The notes beneath the pieces are model-generated. The model was not told where the DNA came from and ran no database searches. It saw only the letters and a list, made by a program, of their open reading frames with translations. Shown piece after piece: positions 14,002 through 23,886 of a stretch of DNA of 64,000 nucleotides (positions are counted from its first letter, which is position 1; the number at the start of each line of letters is the position of its first letter). Where the stretch lies: contig CM119267.1 in NCBI GenBank assembly GCA_051294375.1, positions 15,726,105-15,790,104 of the forward strand, read 5' to 3'. A program made the position numbers and the translations under genes. This DNA is from Paraspadella gotoi (taxonomy: Eukaryota > Animalia > Chaetognatha).

Positions 14002-15536
14002 ACAAAGTTTGGCTCTAGTAGTGAGAATTAAATAAGCGCCGCTCACCCTTTACGACTTTTTCTGAAAAGTTTTCCTTCAGCACCGTTTTCAACTTTGTCA
14101 GATCGTAAACGGTTTTGGTCCTTATGGGTGTCAAGTCCTTGTTGGTATGTTTTGTCAAAGCGCGGGTCATGACGCGAGCTCGAGACATTCGCACGCGGTA
14201 ATCTTCTGCGCGCACATCGACGCCGCTAACGAAGAGCGCATCGATGACGTGAACTGTGGAGAATATTCGCTGACCTTTGCCTTCACCGACGCGTTCCTTA
14301 ACGATTTCTAACATAAATGTAAAATGATAAGAGAAATTTTATTTTCGAGCCAATTTATAAGTATTATACATTGAAATACAAATGAAAAATTTCGCAAGAC
14401 GTCACAACAAAAGAAAATTAATGAAAAAATCTTAAAAGCACAATGATATACATCGTTCAATATTAATTTAAAAAAAAAAGATTGATGCGATAACGAATGA
14501 TTGATGAGATAACAAACTTTTTATTGATACGATAACGAATTTTTGGTTGAAGTGATAATGAAAAAAAATTGATTGATGCGATTTATTGACTGAATGAAAC
14601 GAATTGAATGAAACGAATTGAATGAATCAAAATGAATTAAATGAAATGATATAAATTAAAAGAAATTAACTGTATGAATGAAATGAATTGAGAGAATGAA
14701 ATCAATCGAATGAAGAAAATAATAGAATTTAAATTAATTCAATTTAAATACAGAAGGTATGGCGACGTGAATAATTAGGATAAGGAGACAGGTTTAAACG
14801 GGATACATTTAATACAATGTATGTATGTACAAGGAGTTAAAATTAACAGTAATAAACGGTGAACGAGAAAGTATTTCGAGTTGTGTCTACCATCGTGAGC
14901 TTGTCCGCTTTTAAAGCCAAAAGTTGGCCCAAGTGTCCTCAGCGCAAGGTCAGTGGCTAAACAACCACCGGTTACCACGGTGGCCAGAGACATGACCCAC
15001 GTGACCTAAAGCGTCCTCCATAAAGGCTTCATATTATAAAATGTGGTACTGTGGCGAATCCTAAATTCGCCTCCCGTATAGCTTGGTGAAACTCAGCTCG
15101 TCCCATTGGCTTGGACAGCTAAGTACTCGTTCACCAACCGTGAGTTCCGGGTTCAATCTCCTCTAGGTCACGTTGGTTAAAGTGTGATGGTATCGGCATA
15201 AACACGCCAGTGACATGGGGTGGTCACTGCAGGTCCAAAGCCTTGAGCGCTCGCTGTCGGGAGATCACACATGTCCCTCCGTTGCCTATACATACCCCGT
15301 TTTTGTGACCAGAATCTGTTCCCACCAAACTACTCACGAGAATTTAATGAAATTACATTTAGAGTGTTAATGACTAAATAAATGGAACTACCGCGGCGAA
15401 TTTTGATATTCAACCCCTGACAAGAGATACAGGGCCCTGGGGGTGGACCCCTGGGTTGCCAAAAAATGCTAAATTTTTTTTTTTTTCCAAAATTTTTTAG
15501 TAGCATCAGGTGCATTGACGTTTTAAAAGGCTATTA

Positions 15537-15567
<31 letters not shown>

Positions 15568-18500
15568 TTATATCTAATATATTTATATATTATTTATAAT
15601 TTATTTAATAAAAAATTATTATCCCTTGCAAGCGATTTACATGTATAGGCGCAGCCATTGGTTTGGTATGGTATGATCTGTTATGATCAGTTAAGACAAA
15701 AATTGAAAAAAATTATCGCGATTTATCATCTGATTAGCTAAAACTTGTGATAATAAAAAAACAAAATGCGTGTATCAGTATAAAACATAACAATTTAAAA
15801 GATCTCAATGATGAAAAATCATATCTAAAAATTTTAACTTTTTATTTACTAGCCAGGGGTACACCATTTATCTTTTGTCAAGGGTTGAATATCAAAATTC
15901 GCCTCCATAATTCCATTTATATCGTCATTCGGACTATATGTAAAATTTTATAACATTCGATCGGGGAGTTTGTTGGGAACAGATTCTAAAAAATTATGAA
16001 GAATCAATCATAATTCGTATTAATTTTTATATAAAAATAAATATAATTGTTTTATAAATAAAAACAAATGCGTGTATCAGAATGAAACATGACAATTTAA
16101 AAAACCTTAATGATGATAAGTCATATGTAAGCATTTTATCTTCCTATGATTACACACTTTTTATAAGAATAAATTATAATTTGTAGTAGTTTTTAAATAA
16201 AAAATGTGACGACGACGACGTCACAAAGAAGCAATAGTAAACGATTATCTCGCCCAAGACGGGCTAAAGCCTAAGTCTGGCGAGATAAAAATCGATACTA
16301 GCTTTTAAGATTTATCATTTTTACCAGCTAACAAGAGGGTCTTTTGCGGCAATTCCAACTTAAAGCTCGGTTTGCTCCACTTAGGGTTCATTCCGTTCAT
16401 GGAATGCCCGTTCCAAACCCTGACGTCGTTTCGGCCGAGACCGAGTAAAAATACTCTATCCGCCTCGTTTTCGCGACCGGCTACGATGAAGGAGTAATCG
16501 CGAACGTGGCACAACCGAGTTTCCCACATAGCAGAGTCCAGATTAGGAGCCTAAAACGAAACGGAGGTTCTCGCAATTTAATGATAAAACTAACTATAAG
16601 GCTATTTTTATTTTCAACCTTCATCATTAAATAGTCGAATGATTCCGCGGCTCCATCATGCGACATTAATTTGGTGAAGAGATCGTATGCATCATGTCGC
16701 TCAGGTCGCTGGCGGATTTGGCTGGGAATTCGCCAAATAGCAAGGCACTCTCCACGAATATCTTTCTGTCTCGCATCGATAAGGTTGGGGTTTTGAGCAA
16801 AAGCTCTGAAAAATTATCCATTATTATGGATTAAAGTAGTCGGAAAAAACTAAGTTTTCTCACCAGAAATCAAACGCACCTGATCTTTTTGAGGTGCAAG
16901 ACCTGCAACAGTCCTAATTCGTCGTTGGACTCCCGAATATAATTGAAAAAAGCTTCATCGCCTCGAATTATTTTAGCGGGAACCACCTCAACAACATCTT
17001 TGGTGCTCGAGTCACTCATGAGCGGCCCCAACTCCTTGTTGACGTGAAATAAATATTCGTAAACGTCCTCTGTCTCCGCCCGCTTCCCTTTGCAAACGAT
17101 ATACCGCTCCGAGTTAGCCGGACGCGAGGTGACTGGCTTATGGATAGTAACATTGTCAAAGGAACGCCACATCAAGTAGACGAGGCCAACGCTGAAAAAG
17201 AAAATTTCACGTATATTAGTCACTGAAATTCTAAGTTACAATATGTATTTTGTGGGACAGTATAATTCCTTAATACCAGAATATTTAATAATAGAATTAC
17301 ATGAATTACTGAACACAAACCTAAAAGAAGTGAACAAGTCAAAAAGCTTGCAGACGAAAGCGCCCCCCGTCCGGACAATACCCATAGCAGCAATGAACTG
17401 ACACAGGTAAAGCTGTTTCGAGAGAATCTCCTGAATGTTTTCGTTTCCTTCCACCGAAAATCCACCGTCCGCCATCATGAAATGGACGCCTTTAAAAGAA
17501 GAATAAGAACTGAGCCACAGTCGGGGATCTACGTAATCGATAGAATTCCGAAACAGTCCGACATAAGACGTCGAATCGATACCTTCTCCTCCCGTTCCAT
17601 CCATAACGACTTTTCTGAGCGCCTCGAGATTCTCGGGTCTGGTGAGGTCGCCATCGCCGTCGAGGTCGTTAGTACCGGGTCGCGGGACGCCATAGTAAGT
17701 CTCGAAAAATTCGACCGGCGCCGCGTAAAAGTCGTGAAGCTTGAAATCGCAGGGACCTTTGAGAGTGAAGCCGAAACCTTTAACGGCTCCCGAGTTGCAA
17801 TGGAATCGCCGCCACAGCACGTACTTTGATAGAAAAAAAAAATTCAAAAGTATTTCAAGGTTTCAACCGACTAATTCTACTTTAAGATAAGTACCTCACT
17901 AAATCCTCCTGGACCGGCGGCGACATCCGCAAAATACAACACGTCACCGGAACTCAAAAGCTGAGTCCCGTCCTCCTTTTTGGGATTCGTGAAGAGAAAA
18001 TCGAAGACACTGTCCATGTTGGCCATTTTCATCGCCGCACGATTCTAGCGGGACAATTTTCTCATTGATTTTAGATTGATTCTATTACCAAGCCATCCCA
18101 AAACGCGATGGCTTTAATGCAATTTATTTGCTCTCGAATCCGTTTCTATTCGGCTAAATTTAACTCAGTAACTAACCTGGAAGAATACAGACTGAATAGT
18201 TTCGAAGGGGTTAGATTTAGTCCTGGCCGTCCTCATCTCTTTGTTTTCTAAATTGTCGAAAACGCTTTTGCAGCTGAGAACGTCTGCGAGAACCTTTTCG
18301 TCAACGAAGTCCGTCTCGTCACCGATGGTTCTTTTCTTAGGTCCGATTTTAAGCCACTCATGCATAGTGTCGAGGCTGAGAAAAAGGAAAAAGATATGGT
18401 AAACGTAACTGAGGATAAAACAAATTAAATTAAATTAGTCATAAAAATTGATTAAACATAAGTATTAAGTAATTTTATTTCTTTGTGTAATTTTTTCATG

Positions 18501-21500
18501 AAAATGTGAATATACTGCCAAGTAATATTAAATAGCTTTAGTTACAAGGAATATTTGTTCGAGGCACTTTCTACTGACGTGGGTATGCCCTTTGCGCAAT
18601 AAGAAATCCATTTGACATTTTCGGAAATAACTACATCTTCCTCCGTCCAAGTCTTCTCGAAATTCGTTTCGAATCCTGTCGGTTCAACGCCAAGGCCACG
18701 ACGACCCTAGTCCCAATTGAAGCCAAAAAAGACAAAAGTTTTATTTTTTTTCTGGTATTACTGGGAAAACAACTTAATCGTTGTGCTACTAAAAAAATCT
18801 AGCATCATACCTAATTACCTAGCGATCTTTCTAAAAATTACATATCTGATACTTGACTATTTTAAAAGACAAGAACTGTACTCTAATGTGTTGCGCCGCA
18901 GTGACCGTCTTATCACATAATAAACGTCTTATGGTTATTCAATTATCTGCAAAGTTTCAACATAAATCACCAAATATTATACAAAAGACGAAATTATACT
19001 TTAGCCGACCGGGGTTTTGGCGTCTTTTAAAAAACTACTTCAAAATATTTTTTAAAAAATTTAAAAAAATTATTATTTAATTACCTTAATCCTAAAAATA
19101 TTTTAAAAAATCTTAAAAGCATAAGGATCGTCGCAATCGCATGATAAAAATCTGGATTGACGACAAATTTTAATACTAAAAAAAATAAAATTTAAGAAAA
19201 AAATAATAATTTATAAACAGAAAGAAAAATTTTATTTTGCGATTGTCAATTAAAAAAAATAATAAAGTACTGAAGAAAATTAAAGTGACAGTTTCTGAAA
19301 AAAAATAAAAAAAATGAAAAGTTTTTTTTTGTCGTTGTCAATTGTCATTGTCAAATAAACTGATTATCAGACGCAGCCCCTGAGAAAATAAAACGAAATA
19401 AATACCCGATATTGCGATAGCAAAATGATAAAATGTACAAATGCGAGTTCAATCCTAATTCAATTTTTTTTATAATAAAAACGCAGAGAGAGAGAAAAAA
19501 AAAGAAAGAAATCAAAAGGCAGCAGATGCAGCAGGAGAAAAGAGAGAAAGAGAGAGAGCCCCTTTAGAGCCAGCTGCAGACTCGTTTTTTTTTCCCTATG
19601 AATCAGTGACTAGGGAAAAGAGAAAGGGAGAGAGATATATAATTAAAAGAGAAAAGAGAGAGAAAAAGAAATATAAAAAATAATAACTGTCCTGACTCAA
19701 TTTTAAGCACATCGATGAGAAGCTGTATATAAATTTTCAGGTTCATACACCCAAATTTAACTATAAAAAAGGCGATCTATAATTTGGAACGCCGACGACA
19801 ACAACGGCGACGCCACTTATGTGCAAAACCACAGTAAAATCGTCGCAAACGCAAAGCGATTGCGATGATAAAAATTATTACTTAATTACCTTAACCCTAA
19901 ACCCTCTTAACCCTAACTACCCATAACCATTACCCCTAAACCTTTGGGAGCTCAAATGATTTGAACAAAGACGACGACGACGACGACGGAAACGACGACG
20001 AATACAACGACGTATACAACGACGAAGACGACGATGAAGTCTTTGTACTTTGTGACCCGTAGTACCGTAGTGGTCAATAAGAATGACCTGTTTTACCTGA
20101 ACCTTAATGATCTTGTTATGGCTGACCTTTTTTCTCAGCCAATGTAAATACGAGTTGTTATTGTTATTATTTTTATCTTTTTGGCTTTTTACTCTGTTTT
20201 TGATAATATACGTTTTTTCTTCATCACGAAAAACACGCCTTGTGGCAGCAAGACTTAAAGCTGCCTAACTGCTGTCCGTCCTCAGCCTCGTCTCAATGGC
20301 TGAGCAGGCTAAATCATCTCATTCCATCCGTGCATCCCGGGTTCAATCCCTGGGTATCCCGGTTCTGGCTTAAATGTGACGGTGCCGGTATAAACATGCC
20401 AGTGACAGGAGGCGGTCACTGAGGGTCCGCAGCCCCTATGCCAGTTGGTGAGATACCCCGCGCCCCGGGTATCACAGGCTATCCTCCCGTTGCCATAAGT
20501 GGTGAGCCCGACTCTCGAACACGCAACCGCTGCGCACCGTGCGCCCACGCTTACGTCGCTTAGGGTATGCATATCACGCCTATGCCCTACTTCTCTGGTA
20601 ACGCTCCAGACTCGCTCGCTCGCTCGCCCGCTCGCTCTCACTATGGCAATGAGATCAAAACCTTCTCTCAGACATCTCCTCAGGATTGAGGCCCCTGTGG
20701 AGAAGTCTGGTGGGGGGATCCTGTGGCAGCAAGACTTAAAGCTGCCTCACTGCTGTCTGTCCTCAGCCTCGTCTCAATGGCTGAGCAGGCTAAATCATCT
20801 CATTCCATCCGTGCATCCCGGGTTCAATCCCTGGGTATCCCGGTTCTGGCTTAAATGTGACGGTGCCGGTATAAACATGCCAGTGACAGGAGGCGGTCAC
20901 TGAGGGTCCGCAGCCCCTACGCCAGTTGGTGAGATACCCGCGCCCCGGGTATCACAGGCTATCCTCCCGTTGCCATAGCCTCGAAATTTTCTCCAAATTC
21001 TCGTTTTGAGTCACCGCAAACCCCCCTAACTCCGATCGCTGAAAGTAAAATTAACCCAAAATACATGCACCAAAATCTTTTAATGATACCTTACTAGTCT
21101 GCCAAGTATAAGTTAAAAAAACTCAGAATTTATTGCGACAAAACTTATGAAATTCTAAGTCACGTGATCGCTTTTTAAGATCACCTAACTGCACAAGCAT
21201 GATATATATGCACGTTAAATGTGCCTAACTTTCCTACTAAATTTATGATGTATTACCCGTGTTATGAGCAATTTTAACTATGAGATAAATCGAAAAACAC
21301 ACTGAAACACCGACCGACCCAAGTTTCTCCGCGGTGCAATAGTTATAATATAATTGCATAATGCTTGCTACGTTACCCGACCCAATAGGAACCTTATGAG
21401 TTGATTCTTTGACGATCTCCGTTCGCCCTTGCTGGTACTTCCCGAGCCCTTTCCCTTCTTCATATCCCATTTTGGCCATCATTTTGGCTCCTTTTTCGGA

Positions 21501-21662
21501 AATAACTGGAGCAGCGGCGCCAAGAATGGTCGGCGCCAGTTCCATGACCGAGGCTGCTCCATCTCCGTCGATTGCCTTACGTTTTGAGGGTCCCGCTTCC
21601 AAAAGATCAGCGACATTTTTATCGTCCACGATAGGACGTTTTCGAGACTGATTCGCGTCCAT
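12987..21662 (-). CDS. CMTR1: Cap-specific mRNA 2'-O-methyltransferase 1 (multi-exon, repeat-filled introns)
   Basis: G-patch ([18 protein letters not shown]), [59 protein letters not shown]-terminal exons at ~14047-14314, ~13286-13440 and 12987-13180. Confidence 0.93.
15050..15292 (+). mobile_element. Solo LTR of a related subfamily with a canonical twister core
   Basis: TGTGGC...CCGTTGCC ends; B box GGTTCAATCTCC; GTGT-GA-TGG-TATCGGCA-TAA-ACAC-GC-CAGTGAC..GTCACTG-CAGG-TCCAAAGC-CTTG (15182-15245). Confidence 0.8.
19110..19869 (-). mobile_element. Helentron/DINE-1-like non-autonomous element, family H1
   Basis: Subterminal inverted repeat ATCGTCGCAATCGC / GCGATTGCGATGAT with a nearby partial IR forming a terminal hairpin; GA and ACG microsatellites; A/T-run flanks. 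Confidence 0.55.
20297..20350 (+). promoter_or_regulatory. tRNA-like internal Pol III promoter (A box / B box) in LTR1; also present in LTR2
   Basis: A box TGGCTGAGCAGG and B box GGTTCAATCCC at tRNA-like spacing, just upstream of the twister. Confidence 0.6.
20365..20444 (+). ncRNA. P5-type (circularly permuted) twister ribozyme, LTR1
   Basis: P5 CTGGC/GCCAG; P2 ATGT/ACAT; GA; T1 CGG/CCG; U^AA at 20391-93; T2 GC/GC; P3 CAGTGAC/GTCACTG; P4 AGGG/CCCT with loop TCCGCAGC. Confidence 0.82.
20846..20925 (+). ncRNA. P5-type twister ribozyme, LTR2
   Basis: Core identical to LTR1; predicted cleavage 20872^20873. Confidence 0.82.
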
Positions 21663-22580
21663 CGCGAGATCAGTCAGTTGGCCACCAGAAGTAATTATAC
21701 TGAATTCTCAAAATTACATATGTATAAATTATTTCGTCAGAGAAAGAAGCGCATTTTTGAATTAATACTTCATAAATTATCGCTATTTAAAAAAATATAT
21801 TTTTGACTAACAGCCTTTTTCTTTACATTACTTGTTATTTGTATGAGAGTAATAAAAATTATTTTATTATAATGTAGAATTGTTTGTAGTTCTAGTATAT
21901 CAATACCTTCCTAGCGATTTTATGGCCATTTTGTCCCATTGATTTTTAACATAATTTAATTGTTTGTTTTTACCTCAGGCTTTAATTTTTATTTTGATAC
22001 TTTTTTCTTCTTTTGATGTCGTGAAAAATTTCCTAGATATTTCCTGTACTAAAGCTTTATAATTAAAAATTTAATAAACTCCATTTTTCTTTAATAGTCA
22101 CTATACGGAGAGGAGAAGACAAAAAAAGTGTTCTTTTTGAGCCGAGACTTAGTGAATGAACTGCAACTAAGTTGTATTTGTAAAACGATAATATTAGTTC
22201 AAAATATTTTTAAAACAATTATAATTTTGATTAATAAAATTTCATTTTATTTGCGAAAAGAATTACCTCAATTGTATTTTTCAATTTTTATCTCAAAAAC
22301 GTTTCTAATTAATAAGAATAATAAAATAAGAGTAAGAAGAAAACCAGATGTCTCTCAAAAACATCTTTGAAAAAAAATAGTAGTAGGAAACCACAGGAGG
22401 CTGTTATAATAATATAATTTTAGATATATTTAACATTACATTTATAAAAAAATGAACTTATATTTATTCAAAATTACACTTGCAAGACAATCCATTCAGA
22501 ATGAAATCGCGAAAATAGTGTCCCCAAAAATCACGAGAGCAAACAGTTTTACGCGAACGGTAAAGAGTTAAATTGATCGT

Positions 22581-23243
22581 TCACCCAGATAAGGCGTCTC
22601 TTTTACGTTCGACTGCCAAATCTTTCTTCGATTCTTTCACTTTTTCTCGTTGCAAAAGACGGCGTTCTCGTTCATACTCTTTCATTCTGTGAATAAAAGA
22701 ATTAGAATAATTGGAATAAATATTTTCAGGATTATTAAATTTAATTATGTCTACAGATAGATTTGAATAATGGATATACTAAAAATAGAAAACAGCAAAC
22801 CACTGAAGGACCGATGGGAACACTCTAAAAAAAATTATTGAATATTTAAAAACGTACCGATTAACGAAATCCTCATATTGGCAGTGATGCCAATCATGTT
22901 TTTCATGTTTGCAAACGTCAATATATCTGGATATAATGCCGTTGTTATCCCTTGCGCACTTTTTAAAATTAATGAAATAATGTGCGCAGTAGTCTCTGTG
23001 TTCTAAAGGAACTTTGGCTTTAATCATTTCTTCTTCTGTAGCTATCATCACTCGCTCTTTTCTCGGGGTAGAAAAACCATAGTTGGGAGGATAGGTAGCG
23101 GGCTAAAAAAAAAAAAAAAAAAAAAAAAAAGTCGAAGAGTTTCCACAAGTTGTCATTAAAAAATATAATACCTCATTAATGTTAGGGTTGAATTCAGGGT
23201 CCGTAATCTCGCGGTAATTTCTGCTCCATGATCCAATTCCCAT
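22581..23243 (-). CDS. NDUFB7: NADH:ubiquinone oxidoreductase subunit B7 (3 exons)
   Basis: MIATEEEM..AKVPLEHRDYCAHY, CKHEKHDWHHCQYEDF, RMKEYERERRLL. Confidence 0.93.
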
Positions 23244-23886
23244 TTTTTTTTACATAAACAAAATCTGCGTAAATTACGAAGTTAAAAGCAAATAATATCA
23301 AAATATCGAACAATATAAAATAATATCCTGTTAAAGTCATAAAAGATCATCTTCATTCTTTAATCTTCATCCCAACTGACCTCAGGCTAAGAAAGAAAAT
23401 ATAGAAAAAGATCTTAATTAACGAAAATAGCGATTTCAACGTTCTTCCCCTGATATGGGTTTCATGGCCTGATATAAATTAATAAATGTCAATAGGTAAA
23501 TTAAAATCATATAAAGAGGCTAAAAAAGATTTACATAACTATGCATAGTTTTGAAACGGATATTGGAAGGTTTACTCGTAATATCGTCCAGGAAGATTAG
23601 TTTCCTTTCCAAGTCTGCATATTAGCGCATTTGAATTGTCAGTTATCTGTAATTAGAATAATCAACAATTTATTAATAAAACAACCAAGGCAAGTAAAAT
23701 ACGTATAAAATTCAATCCCTTTGGTTTAGGTACAAACTACTTAATAGGAAATAGTACTGGTAAAAATTAAGAATTAAAAAGGGGTAATCTGGCCCAACTC
23801 ACAAACGGGATCGGCAACCCATTGTCCCAGTTAATCCCGAATTCTATTATTAAATAGCTTATTCGAGTGGAATTCGTTAGATGCAG

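Larger units (their letters stand above)
20241..20977 (+). mobile_element. Non-autonomous mini-LTR retroelement (TRIM/retrozyme-like) with a twister ribozyme in each LTR
   Basis: LTR1 20241-20497 and LTR2 20722-20977 differ by 3 substitutions and 1 indel. Ends TGTGGCAGC...GTTGCCATA; TSD GCCT (20237-40 / 20978-81); PBS TGGTGAGCCCGAC at 20500; G-rich PPT 20709-20718; no pol/gag ORF. Confidence 0.9.

Noticed and set aside
20240-20903. Short ORFs across the LTR element (60-134 aa)
   Set aside because: No gag/pol motifs; they arise from GC-rich repeated LTR sequence
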